Positions 24,228-36,930 of a stretch of DNA of 64,000 bases are shown in pieces. Made by a program: the position numbers and the translations under genes. Source of the DNA: Octopus sinensis (taxonomy: Eukaryota). Position 1 is the stretch's first letter, and each line of letters opens with the position of its first letter. The notes beneath the pieces are model-generated. The model had not been told where the DNA came from and ran no database searches. It saw nothing but the letters and a program-made list of their open reading frames with translations. The DNA is taken from NCBI RefSeq assembly GCF_006345805.1, contig NC_043025.1, forward strand, positions 8,556,001 to 8,620,000, written 5' to 3'.

Positions 24228-24698
24228 CTGTTAGGATGAGTAAAAAAATACTTGATATATCATCATTTTCATCATCATTTTAACATCCCCTCTTCCCTTT
24301 TGGCAGGGTCAGATGGAATTTGTTGAAGCAGATTTTCTACTGCTGGGTGTCCTTCCTGTCACCAATCCTTAGCTGTTTTTAAGCAAGGTATTATTTCCCA
24401 ATGGCCAGACATGCTTTAGCTGAAGACTATAAACCCCAAAGGGCCACTTGTAAAAGCAACGCAAAAGCTTTTTGGAACAAACAAAATAATAAAAATTTTA
24501 AATGAATGGAAACTGAATCAGAGCGTGTGTTAAATATATATAGGCAATATCACTCTTTACATTATTTACATTTGACGGACATAAAAGTGCCCATGCAGTG
24601 TCAAGTAAAAGTGTTCATGTAGTGCCACATAAGAGCACCCAGCACACTCTGACTCCATAAATGGTAAAAGTGAAAATTATAAATTATCAAGGTGGCTT

Positions 24699-25090
24699 CA
24701 GTTCTATATTTAAGAGATGAGGAATTATTTACATTATTCACATTATTTACATTCGACGGATATTTGTCCTCATCTTGTTTGTTGTTAACACAACGTTTCA
24801 GCTGATATACCCTCCAGCCTTCATCAGGTGTCTTAGGGAAATTTCGTACCTGGGTTCTCATTCCTAAGGTATTTTTTGATGGTATTATTATTATACAGTT
24901 CTATATTTAAGAGATGAGGAATTATTTACATTATTCACATTATTTACATTCGACGGATATTTGTCCTCATCTTGTTTGTTGTTAACACAACATTTCATCT
25001 GATATACCCTCCAGCCTTCATCAGGTGTCTTGGGGAAATTTCAAACTCGGGTTCTCATTCCGAAGGTATTCTTTGATGTTATTATTATTA
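24699..25090 (-). repeat. Two 197-bp tandem monomers, each carrying a hammerhead motif (PLE terminal-repeat or retrozyme-like)
   Basis: Unit starts at 24699 and 24896; dispersed relatives at about 19300-19440, 25180-25260 and 56450-56600. Confidence 0.7.
24787..24832 (-). ncRNA. Minimal type-I hammerhead ribozyme, canonical core with extra A after A9
   Basis: GACAC-CUGAUGA-A-GGCUG(GAGGGUAUAU)CAGCU-GAA-ACGU-U-GUGUU. Degenerate siblings at 24984-25029 (-) and 19342-19387 (+); partial copy at about 25181-25206 (+). Confidence 0.75.
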
Positions 25091-25393
25091 TTATTGTTGT
25101 TGTTCAGGTCACTGCTTGGAATCGAACTCAGAATCTTGGGGTTAGTAGCCCGTGCTCTTAACCACTACGCCATATGCCCGTGGGTATATCAGCCGAAACG
25201 TTGTGCTAACAACAAACAAGATGAGGACAAATATCCGTCAAATGTAAATAATGTATTAAGGTGGCTTGTTCTGACTGTCATTTCTAGCAATGCTGGTGCT
25301 GACTAGCACCCTTAGTCCTCTTAGTGATGTCTATACTTGTGCTGTTTGGTTGTGAATTGCAAATAAGACACCTTAATAATTTATAAACATATA

Positions 25394-25960
25394 TTGGGTT
25401 GTCCGGAAAGTTTGTGCTGATTTATAGTAGTTTACCTTTTGACTTATTTTAGAACATGGTTGAATCCATAAAATAGGATTTGACTACACCTCCATTTAGA
25501 GCACAGTTTAAGCTATCTTTTCGTGGAAGAAGGTTTATGTTCCTATAACCTGTGTTAATTCTGTAACCCTTTAAAATGGAAGATAAGAAAGTTCATTTTC
25601 AGCACTTGATGCTTTGCAAACCAGACAAAAATTGCTGCAGCTCAGCTGAGATATGTTACCCCACCCTCCATATTCACCAGATATTGCTCCTTCGGATTTC
25701 CACTTATTCAGGTCTCTGCAGAATAGTCTTTATGGTAAAAAATTCAATTCCTTGAATGACGTAAAAAGACACCTTGATGAATTCTTTGCCATGAAACCAC
25801 CTCAATTCTGGGAAGAGGGTATTTTCAAGTTAAAGGAAAGATGGAGACGCATTGTGCAACAAAATGGTTCATATTTGGTTGATTAAAAATGTAATGGCAA
25901 GTATTTATTGACCTTTTTTCTTTTCTTTAAAAATCGGCACGAACTTTCCGGACACACCAA
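25394..25960 (+). mobile_element. Internally deleted mariner element
   Basis: TA-flanked TIRs ttgggttgtccggaaagtt / aactttccggacacaccaa; transposase C-terminus HPPYSPDIAPSDFHLFRSL...WEEGIFKLKERW (25653-25886). Confidence 0.9.
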
Positions 25961-26353
25961 TATTTTACTTGTTTCAGTTATTAAACGATGGCCATGCTGG
26001 AGTGTTCTTTTAATTGAACAAATCATCACCAGTACTTTACACTTTTTCTCAAATCTGGCCCTTATTCTATTCATCTGTTTATTGCCAAACCGCTCAGTTA
26101 TGGTGACATAAACAAACCAACACTGGTTTTTGAGCAATAGTGGAGAAGAGGGTATTTTCAAGTTAAAGGAAAGATGGAGACGCATTGTGCAACAAAATGG
26201 TTCATATTTGGTTGATTAAAAATGTAATGGCAAGTATTTATTGACCTTTTTCTTTCCTTTAAAAATCAACACGAACTTTCCGGACACCCCAATACATTAT
26301 GTATGGTACACAGATGACTATTTTAAACCAATGTATTGGAATGTTGTGCGTAC

Positions 26354-26475
26354 CTGAATGAAATCATATTGAGGATTGTTTGTGCGCCAGCATATACTGG
26401 ATCTGACCTGCTGCTCACACCAAAACATGCGGCATACCAAGTAGCTGTTTCTAGTGGCACGAGGAAGATTTGAAC
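26354..26475 (-). CDS. C2CD3: C2CD3 exon, 122 nt, phase 1 to 0 (C2 domain)
   Basis: ttttcccttgcag| acceptor, |gtacgc donor. [33 protein letters not shown]. Confidence 0.93.
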
Positions 26476-26544
26476 CTGCAAGGGAAAATAAAAAAACCAA
26501 CAGGGTGAAGACATACATAAACAACAAACAATAATTGTAGAATG

Positions 26545-27351
26545 CACCCACCCACACACACACACATGCACCACACACACACACACATACACACACACAC
26601 ACACACACACATACACACACACCACACACACACATGCACACACAAACACGCACACACACACGCACACACACAAACACCACAACACCACGCACCACACAAA
26701 CACGCACACACATACGCACACACACAAACACGCACACACACACACAAACACGCACACACACATGCACACACACAAACACGCACACACACACGCACACACA
26801 CAAACACGCACACACACACGCACAACACACAAACCCGCACACACACACGCACCCACCAACACGCAACACACACCACACAAGCCACACACAACACGCACAC
26901 ACACACGCACACAACAAACACGCACACACATACGCACACACACAAACACGCACACACACACACACAAACACGCACACACACACGCACACACACAAACACG
27001 CACACACACACGCACACACACAAACACGCACACACACACGCACACACACAAACACGCACACACACACGCACACACACAAACACGCACACACACACGCACA
27101 CACACAAACACGCACACACACACGCACACAAACACGCACACACCACACGCACACCACACAACACGCACCACACACGCACACACACACGCACACACACAAA
27201 CACGCACACACACAAACACGCACACACACACGCACACACACAAACACGCACACACACATGCACACACACAAACACGCACACACACATGCATACAAACACA
27301 CACACACGCAAATGCACACAAACACACACGCACATGCACACGCACAAACAC

Positions 27352-27386
<35 letters not shown>

Positions 27387-27436
27387 CACACACACGCACA
27401 TGCACACACACAAACACACATGCACACACACACACT
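26545..27436. repeat. Compound CA-rich satellite (cacacacaaacacg-type)
   Basis: Directly visible; source of the His/Thr and Cys/Val ORFs. Confidence 0.95.
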
Positions 27437-27710
27437 CAGAGTACCCAGTCCATTCAAATATCCCGAGGACCTGAACTAATGAAGGGCCATCACTTGACAT
27501 GCAAGAACCTGGCAAAATTTCCTTCAAATCATTTCCATCTGATACAACGGATAAAGAAGTCTGAAGACCATTGCAAAAAGAAGCAGGGGCAGACCAATGG
27601 ATGGAGAGACAGAAGAAACTTGCCCAAGGTGCCACACAGTGTGACGGAACCCAGAATCAAACGGTTGTAAAGCAAGCTTCTTAACACTACAGCCATGCCT
27701 GCACCCATGA

Positions 27711-27716
<6 letters not shown>

Positions 27717-27741
<25 letters not shown>

Positions 27742-28245
27742 TTAGCGTCCGCTTTCCATACTGGCATGGGTTGGATGGTTAAACTGGGGTCTGGGAAGCC
27801 AGAAGGTTGCACCAGGCCCAGTCTGATCTGGCAGTGTTTCTACGGCTGGATGCCCTTCCTAACGCCAACCACTCCGTGAGTGTAGTGGGTGCTTTTTACG
27901 TGCCACCCACACAGGTGCCAGACGGAGCTGGCAGACGGCCACGGACAGATGGTGCTTTTTACGTTCCACCGGCACGGGGGCCAGGCGAGGCTGGCAAACG
28001 GCCACGAACGGATGGTGCTACGTGCCACCAGCACGGGGGCCAGGCCAGGCTGGCAACGGCCACGAACGGATGGTGCTTTTTACATGCCACCGGCACGGAG
28101 GCCAGTCGGGGTGGCGCTGGCCACAACCACGATCGGATGGTTCGCTTACGTGCCACCGGCACTGGTATCACAACTGCAATTTCCATTGATGTTGATCGAC
28201 TTCGATTTTGGTTCTGCTTTCTGATATCTGATTTGATTTGGTTTG
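27717..28245 (-). mobile_element. RTE LINE 3' UTR copy
   Basis: (CAT)n plus conserved terminal block and four hairpin sub-repeats. Confidence 0.8.
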
Positions 28246-28276
28246 ATTTTGATTAAATAAAAAAGGGTCTAAATAC

Positions 28277-28403
28277 CTCGTCCGTCACCTCCTCCGCCTT
28301 GACTAACAGCTGCAGCAGCAATGGGGTTAATTTTGGTAGAGGTTGTGTCAAAGGTCATCTTGCGACCTTCACTCACAATAAGAATGGAATGGACAGCTAA
28401 TGT
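28277..28403 (-). CDS. C2CD3: C2CD3 exon, 127 nt, phase 0 to 1 (NAGNAG acceptor)
   Basis: cttttactctacagcag| acceptor, |gtattt donor. TLAVHSILIVSEGRKM resembles the recalled LLHVLLMVPDGKDF. Confidence 0.85.
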
Positions 28404-28419
28404 CTGCTGTAGAGTAAAA

Positions 28420-28960
28420 GACAAGACAGGTTAGTGGTGGGGTTGGTGAGAGGTGGCAGAGAAAAAGAGGGACATGGAAAGAGGGCACAAGAAAGGGGAC
28501 ACGCATATGAGATACATGTAGGGATGTGAAAGTGGATAAAAGGAGACATGAATATGAGACACAAGAAAGAGGACATAGATATGAGACACAATAAAGGGAC
28601 GTGAGAATGGACACAAGAAAGAGGGTCATGGAAAGCGGACACAAGAAAGGGGCCATGAATATGAGACACAGTTGAGGGACATTACAAGTGGACAAAAGAA
28701 AGGGGACATGGGAAGTGGATACACAACTGAGGGTCATGGAAAGTGAGCACAAGAAAGGGGACACGGATATGAGATACATGTAGGGATGTGAAAGTGGACA
28801 AAAGGAGACATGAATATGAGACACAGTAGAGGGACATGGAAAGGGGATGCAAGAAAGGGGACATAGATATGAGACACAATAAAGGGACGTGAGAGTGGAC
28901 ACAAGAAAGAGGGCATAGAAGGTGGACACAAGAAAGGGGCCATGGATAGGAGGCACAGTA
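28420..28960. repeat. Degenerate purine-rich tandem repeat (gacacaagaaagRggg motifs)
   Basis: Recurrent motif; similar GA-rich tracts at 8600-8967, 11380-11625 and 41210-41915. Confidence 0.8.
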
Positions 28961-29629
28961 AAGGGAGAGCGATTTGATGCATGAAAAAGGGCTACAGGAA
29001 TGGATATTTAGAGTAAACATTTGTGTGCTGAGAGTGTTGCTGTACTCTATCTCCAAATGCAGGGGCCAATGACTCAGCTTCCTTTACTTCCACTGCCACT
29101 GAACTGACATCCTCTACATCCAACGCATTCCTTTTCTCTTATTATCTGTCACACTATTTTCTTTCAGTGCACTTTTCTACACATCTACCTTTTCTGTTCT
29201 TCTATGCTATTCCATGTCTCATATTTACCTCATACCTAGACACCTCATTTCTCTCTTTCTTTCTCTCACTTTCTAGACCATGTATTCATCTCTTCAATAA
29301 GACACTGGGTCCTCTCCACCATCATAGTTTCTTACACCATTCTATACCCCACTCAGTTGAGGGGTCTTATCTTGCAGATGTCTGGCAACCTCAGTGGTGC
29401 TGGTGCCACATAAAAAGCATTCAGTACACTCTGGCTTCAGGAAGGGCATCCAGTTGTAGAAACCATGTCAAAGCAGACACAGAACATGGTGAAGCCCTCT
29501 GGCTCGTCTGTTCTTGTCAAATTGTCCAACCCCTGCCAGCATGGAAAAATGGATGTGAAATGATGATGATGCATGTACACAGGCAGTCTCACACACACAC
29601 ACAACAGATGATCAGTCAATAGAACTTAC

Positions 29630-29847
29630 GTCTTGTACATCTGGATAATGCTGTGATGTTGGAGATGAGTTTGCCTGGACAGTAGTGGTAGCAGTAGTGG
29701 TGGCCAGCAGCGGAGCATCATTGGTGCTAGATATGTACTGAGGAAACTGGCGTTCGTGTGGCGCTGCAACAGTTTCTAGATGACAGTCAGGTTTCAAACC
29801 GGCTTCTCTCCTCTCGGCCAGAATATCCGTGTCACAGGAAATGTCAG
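29630..29847 (-). CDS. C2CD3: C2CD3 exon, 218 nt, phase 1 to 0 (linker, poorly conserved)
   Basis: ttttgtgttctgttgcag| acceptor, |gtaagt donor, open frame. The start phase does not match the previous identified exon (see findings). Confidence 0.7.
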
Positions 29848-29867
29848 CTGCAACAGAACACAAAATA

Positions 29868-32800
29868 TTTATAATAATAATAATGAAATTATTGTATACA
29901 TTGCTCAGGTGCACCACAACTTGTCAGAAAGTGCGTATAAAGTATATGCAGTAATGTAGAAATGTCTAGAAAGGGAACGATGTAGGAGTCAAATACATGC
30001 TTCAGCGTGTGTATGGAGGGGAGAAAATCAGGTGTAGTGTTGGCTAATCTCAGAAAGCACGGAAGTTTTGAAGGATGCAGTGCTCTGACAACTAACAACT
30101 GATGCCGGCAGTCTGTTCCATGCTTCAGCGTGTGTATGGAGGGGAGAAAATCAGGTGTAGTGTTGGCGAATCTCAGAAGGCATGGAAGTTTTGAAGGATG
30201 CAGTGCTCCTACAACTAACAACTGATGCCGGCAGTTTGTTCCATACTTCAGCAACTCTCAGCATGAAAAAATGTTTCCGAAAGTCATGGAAGGAGCTGTG
30301 CTGTTTTCTGACTTTGTAAACATGTCCACGGGTGTTAGACAGGTGGAGTTTTTAAATAATAATAATAATGAATTTATTGTATACAGTGCTCAGGTGCACC
30401 ACAATTGTCAGAAAGTGCATATAAAGTATATGCAGTAATGTAGAAATGTCTGGAAAGGGAACAGGTTATGAGTCGATACATGGTTGTGTGTGTATGGAGG
30501 GGAAAAATCAGGTGTAGTGTTGGCGAATCTCTCAGGAAGCATGGAAGTTTTGAAGGATGCAGTGCTCCGACAACTAACAACTGATGCCAGCAGTTTGTTC
30601 CATGCTTCAGCGTGTGTATGGAGGGGAGAATCAGGTGTAGTGTTGGCGAATCCTCAGGAAGCATGGAAGTTTTGAAGGATGCAGTGCTCGACAACTAACA
30701 CTGATGCCAGCAGTTTGTTCATGCTTCAGCGTGTGTATGGAGGGGAGAAAATCATGTGTAGTGTTGGCGAATCTCAGGAAGCATGGAAGTTTTGAAGGAT
30801 GCAGTGCTCCGACAACTAACAACTGATGCCAGCAGTTTGTTCCATGCTTCAGCGTGTGTATGGAGGGGAGAAAATCATGTGTAGTGTTGGCGAATCTCTC
30901 AGGAAGCATGAAGTTTTGAAGGATGCAGTGCTCCGACAACTAACAACTGATGCCAGCAGTTTGTTCCATGCTTCAGCGTGTGTATGGAGGGGAGAAAATC
31001 ATGTGTAGTGTTGGCGAATCTCTCAGGAAGCATGGAAGTTTTGAAGGATGCAGTGCTCCGACAACTAACAACTGATGCCAGCAGTTTGTTCCATGCTTCA
31101 GCGTGTGTATGGAGGGGAGAAAATCATGTGTAGTGTTGGCGAATCTCTCAGGAAGCATGGAAGTTTTGAAGGATGCAGTGCTCCGACAACTAACAACTGA
31201 TGCCAGCAGTTTGTTCCATGCTTCAGCGTGTGTATGGAGGGGAGAAAATCATGTGTAGTGTGGCGAATCTCTCAGGAAGCATGGAAGTTTTGAAGGATGC
31301 AGTGCTCCGACAACTAACAACTGATGCCAGCAGTTTGTTCCATGCTTCAGCGTGTGTATGGAGGGGAGAAAATCAGGTGTAGTGTTGGCGAATCTCTCAG
31401 GAAGCATGGAAGTTTTGAAGGATGCAGTGCTCCGACAACTAACAACTGATGCCAGCAGTTTGTTCCATGCTTCAGCGTGTGTATGGAGGGGAGAAAATCA
31501 GGTGTAGTGTTGGCAAATCTCAGAAAGTATGGAAGTTTTGAAGGATGCAGTGCTCCGACAATTAACAACTGATGCCGGCAGTTTGTTCCATGCTTCAGCG
31601 TGTGTATGGAGGGGAGAAAATCAGGTGTAGTGTTGGCGAATCTCTCAGGAAGCATGGAAGTTTTGAAGGATGCAGTGCTCCGACAATTAACAACTGATGC
31701 CGGCAGTTTGTTCCATGCTTCAGCGTGTGTATGGAGGGGAGAAAATCAGGTGTAGTGTTGGCAAATCTCAGGAAGCATGGAAGTTTTGAAGGATGCAGTG
31801 CTCCGACAACTAACAACTGATGCCGGCAGTTTGTTCCATGCTTCAGCAACTCTCAGCGTGAAAAAATGTTTCCGAAAGTCATCGGAGCTGTGCTGTTTTC
31901 TGTCTTTGTAAACATGTCCACGGGTGTTAGACAGGTGGAGTTTGAAAAGGTGCTCACAGTTATTGACAGTTATTGTTTGTAAGATGGTTGATAATTTTAT
32001 GGGTGTCTGCCAAGTCAGCTGCCAGACGTCAGAGTTTCAATGTGTCTGTGCCTAGGGAAGTAAGGCGTTCATAATATGGTAAATGCCTGATGGAGGGTAT
32101 TCTCTTGGTTGTCAGATACATGCTTGCATGTGTATGGAGGGGAGAAAATCAGGTGTAGTGTTGGCGAATCTCAGGAAGCATGGATGTTTTGAAGGATGCA
32201 GTGCTCCGACAACTAACAACTGATGCCGGCAGTTTGTTCCATGCTTCAGCATGTGTATTGAGGGGAGAAAATCAGGTGTAGTGTTGGCGAATCTCAGGAA
32301 GCATGGAAGTTTTGAAGGATGCAGTGCTCCGACAACTAACAACTGATGCCAGCAGTTTGTTCCATGCTTCAGCATGTGTATTGAGGGGAGAAAATCAGGT
32401 GTAGTGTTGGCAAATCTCAGGAAGCATGGAAGTTTTGAAGGATGCAGTGCTCCGACAACTAACAACTGATGCCGGCAGTCTGTTCCATGCTTCAGCGTGT
32501 GTATGGAGGGGAGAAAATCAGGTGTAGTGTTGGCGAATCTCAGGAAGCATGGAAGTTTTGAAGGATGCAGTGCTCCGACAACTAACAACTGATGCCGGCA
32601 GTTTGTTCCATGCTTCAGCAACTCTCAGCGTGAAAAAATGTTTCCGAAAGTCATGGGAGCTGTGCTGTTTTCTGTCTTTGTAAACATGTCCACGGGTGTT
32701 AGACAGGTGGAGTTTGAAAAGGTGCTCACAGTTATTGACAGTTATTGTTTGTAAGATGGTTGATAATTTTATGGGTGTCTGCCAAGTCAGCTGCCAGACG

Positions 32801-33680
32801 TCAGAGTTTCAATGTGTCTATGCCTAGGGAAGTAAGGCGTTCATAATATGGTAAATGCCTGATGGAGGGTATTCTCTTGGTTGTCAGATACATGCTTGCA
32901 TGTGTATGGAGGGGAGAAAATCAGGTGTAGTGTTGGCGAATCTCAGGAAGCATGGATGTTTTGAAGGATGCCTGCTCCGACAACTAACAACTGATGCCGG
33001 CAGTTTGTTCCATGCTTCAGCATGTGTATTGAGGGGAGAAAATCAGGTGTAGTGTTGGCGAATCTCAGGAAGCATGGAAGTTTTGAAGGATGCAGTGCTC
33101 CGACAACTAACAACTGATGCCGGCAGTCTGTTCCATGCTTCAGCGTGTGTATGGAGGGAAGAAAATCAGGTGTAGTGTTGGCGAATCTCAGGAAGCATGG
33201 AAGTTTTGAAGGATGCAGTGCTCCGACAACTAACAACTGATGCCGGCAGTCTGTTCCATGCTTCAGCGTGTGTATGGAGGGAAGAAAATCAGGTGTAGTG
33301 TTGGCGAATCTCAGGAAGCATGGAAGTTTTGAAGGATGCAGTGCTCCGACAACTAACAACTGATGCCGGCAGTCTGTTCATGCTTCAGCGTGTGTATGGA
33401 GGGAAGAAAATCAGGTGTAGTGTTGGCGAATCTCAGGAAGCATGGAAGTTTTGAAGGATGCAGTGCTCCGACAACTAACAACTGATGCCGGCAGTTTGTT
33501 CCATGCTTCAGCGTGTGTATGGAGGGAGAAAATCAGGTGTAGTGTTGGCAAATCTCAGGAAGCATGGAAGTTTTGAAGGATGCAGTGCTCCGACAACTAA
33601 CAACTGATGCCGGCAGTTTGTTCCATGCTTCAGCAACTCTCAGCGTGAAAAAATGTTTCCTAAAGTCATGGAAGGAGCTG
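29868..33680 (-). repeat. CR1-type LINE 3' end amplified into a 120-124-bp tandem array (about 23 units)
   Basis: Minus strand encodes IRHLPYYERLTSLG...NTRGHVYK...RKHFFTLRVAEAWNKLPASVVSCRSTASFK; the unit is the terminal codons plus 3' UTR. Confidence 0.85.
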
Positions 33681-34203
33681 TGCTATTTTCTGTTTTATGA
33701 TGACAAATCTTACAATGCTGGATTTTATGTCAGATGGCCTAAGATGGTAAAACACTATCGCAGTAATTTCAAACTGAATCCCTGGATATACAATCACACA
33801 TCACAAGCAAGTCACCATAGTTTCATGCTGATTGGTTTATTAACCAACCAATCAGCATGAAGCAATGGCACGGGCAGATTTTCTCAAACATTCTAGAATC
33901 TGATTTCTGACTCCCTATAAAAAGCATTAAGCTTGTATTTTTACCAGCAAGAAGACCCAGGATGGCAGCTAAGGTAGATGGCACAGATAGATGACAGGAA
34001 CCTCCGTCAACCACAAATATAACATAAATCCTTCAAGTTACATTAGGCAAGTCACATGTTGCTGTACCAATAGCAAAAAATTTTTGCTAGTTTATTTTGT
34101 GTCTTCGTCTTTTCTCCTGGTGCTGTATGAACATTTTTATGTGGTTTCAGAGTCAAGTTTTGACTGCTATCTCTAGCATGGTGGTATCTTTTAGATACCC
34201 ATA

Positions 34204-34251
<48 letters not shown>

Positions 34252-34275
34252 ATATTATATATATATATATATCGC

Positions 34276-34658
34276 AGGAGTGGCTGTGTGGTAAGTAGCT
34301 TGCTGACTATCCACATGGTTCCGCGTTCAGTCCCACTGCATGGCATCTTGGGCAAGTGTCTTCTGCTATAGCCTGGGCCGACCAATGCCTTGTGAGTGGA
34401 TTTGTTAGACGGAAACTGAAAGAAGCCTGTCGTATATATGTATGTGTTTGTGTGTTTGTGTGTGTGTGTGTTTGTCCCCCTAGCATTGCTTGACAACCGA
34501 TGCTGGTGTGTTTACATCCCCGTCACTTAGTGGTTCTGCAAAAAGAGGCCGATAGAAAAAGTACTGGGCTTACAATGAATAAGTCCCGGAGTCGATTTGC
34601 TCGACTACAGGCGGTGCTCCAGCATGGCCGCAGTCAAATGACTGAAACAAGTAAAAGA
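34276..34658 (+). mobile_element. SINE family A
   Basis: Full-length homolog; further + copies at about 17322-17695, 37288-37665, 43328-43650 and 47338-47660. Confidence 0.85.
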
Positions 34659-34892
34659 GTAAAGAGTATATATATATATATATATCTTTTGTTTCATTTC
34701 CCTTTTCTTTTTTTTCTTCTTCTTCTTTCCCTTTTACAATCCCTTTTGATTGAAAACCTACCCCATCTTTTTTTTTTCCCAAAAAGAAAAGCTCTACTTT
34801 GTAATCAGTCCCGTCTATGTGTAGTCCTGTGTGGCTAATAAAGAAACATATCTATTTATTTATCTATCTATCTATCTATATAAATATACATA

Positions 34893-34942
<50 letters not shown>

Positions 34943-34943
34943 G

Positions 34944-34975
<32 letters not shown>

Positions 34976-36375
34976 TACACAACAAGGAATAAATAATTGT
35001 CATTACGTGCTTTTCTTTATTGGAACAAATTTACCTTACAGCTGTTTCAGGTAGTTATTACAGATATGTTATTCATGGGTTTACTCAATTAGTCTATTGA
35101 TCAGTTGAGAAAAATTGAATAACCTAAAATAAAATAACGCTACTGTCATCAGAGCCATTTCTGGTTATGTATATATTTATGGGTAGGTCTGAGTTCCATG
35201 CATACAGCAAGCCCTACTTTTTTCTGTTGAGGGCTTATATGCCCCAATATTTGACTGTTTACTTTAGTCAGTGCATGGTGATGAGTTATAAGCTTTAAGC
35301 TTATAGAAATATTATTATTGTTATTATTTACAGAAATGTAAAATTCGGCACCTTTATCCAAATAGTCACGGAAAATATATAGACATGTTGATGCAAACAG
35401 GAAAAATAGAGCTCAAAATGTGAGTCTATGTATATTTTTATTAATATTTAGCAGAAGCAACAGAGTGACTTAAGGCCCAAGAGTTCTGTGCATTGAAAAC
35501 TCTCAGACCCAGAGTCACACTGCTTCTGCTAAATATTGTTATATATATATATCATCATCATCATCGTTTAACGTCTGTTTTCTGCGATAGCATGGGTTGG
35601 ACGGTTCGACCGGGGTCTGGGAAGCCAGGGGCTGCACCAGGCTCCAGTCTGATCTGGCAGTGTTTCTACAGCTGGATGCTCTTCCTAACGCCAACCAGTG
35701 TAGTGGGGGCTTTTAACGTGCCACCGGCACGGAAGCCAGCCAAGGCGGCGCTGGCATTGGCCACGTTTGGATGGTGCTTTTTATGTGCCACCGGCACATA
35801 TATGTATATATATATTTATCTTAACCCTGTTTTTGCTTGTGCTTGTGTGTATGTAGATGTATGTATGAACTTTTACAGTGCGCGTGTGTGTGTGTGTGAG
35901 TTTGTAAGTATATGCATATACATTTGGCTAAGGATGCGAATGAGGATGTGTACGTTTTCAAGTGAGGGTGGATGAATGTATGCATACACACATGGGTGTG
36001 CGGGCGCACATGTGTAGGTATGAACAGGCACACTTATGTGAATACTATGAACTTTTTACCCCCTTACCTTACTCAGCGGTCATTAGGACAGCTATTTTGT
36101 CTTAATAGTGGTCAATAACACAGTAATTTCCCTTTCTATAATGGTCATTTTCCATAGCATTTTTCCGATGGCCGGATAACTGAAGACATGGTGGCGTGGA
36201 CTTCCACCTCAGCATCCGAAACTTGGAGTTTTGTCTTGGCTACCGAATAATTGTCACACATATATATATATATATATATATAAAGTTAATCCAAACATGA
36301 AAGCACAAAAAAAACACAACAACGCGAGGACTTGGAACAAATATAGTATTATTGGACGGTCAGGAAAGAAGGAAA

Positions 36376-36475
36376 NNNNNNNNNNNNNNNNNNNNNNNNN
36401 NNNNNNNNNNNNNNNNNNNNNNNNNNNNNNNNNNNNNNNNNNNNNNNNNNNNNNNNNNNNNNNNNNNNNNNNNNN
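36376..36475. other. Assembly gap (100 N)
   Basis: Run of n; the true size is unknown. Confidence 1.
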
Positions 36476-36930
36476 TCCGTGCTAGCATGGGTTGGACGAT
36501 TTGACTGAGGTCTGGCGAACCAGATGGCTGCATCAGACTCCATTCTGATCTGGTAGAGTTTCTACAGCTGGATGCCCTTCCTAACGCCAACCACTCCAAG
36601 AGTATAGTGGTTACTTTTATGTGCCACTGGCACGAGGGCCAGTTTGGCAGTACTGGCAACGGCCACGTCCAAATGGTGCTTTTTACGTGCCACCTGCACA
36701 GGAGCCAGTCCAGTGGAACTGGCGACGACCTCGTTCGAATATTTCACATGCCACCAGCACAAGTTCTAGTAAGGCGACACAGGTAACGATCACGCTTGAA
36801 TGGTGTGCTTAACGTGCCACCGGCACAGAGGCCAGCTTCTTGCTCTGGCAACAATCTTACTCGTATGGTACTTTTAGTGCTTCACTAGCAATGGATGTCG
36901 GTCACCGAGTTTGATTTCGACTTCGATATA
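36476..36930 (-). mobile_element. RTE LINE 3' UTR copy abutting the assembly gap
   Basis: Same family as 1740-2221. Confidence 0.75.

Noticed and set aside
27444-27560. Apparent exon (TSLSVVSDGND...LVQVLGIF) with a good acceptor
   Set aside because: Open only in phase 0, but its position requires phase 1 to 1, where it hits an early stop. Exon 28277-28403 already supplies the conserved motif.
26318-27670. His/Thr-rich and Cys/Val-rich ORFs
   Set aside because: CA-satellite artefacts; only 26354-26475 is coding.
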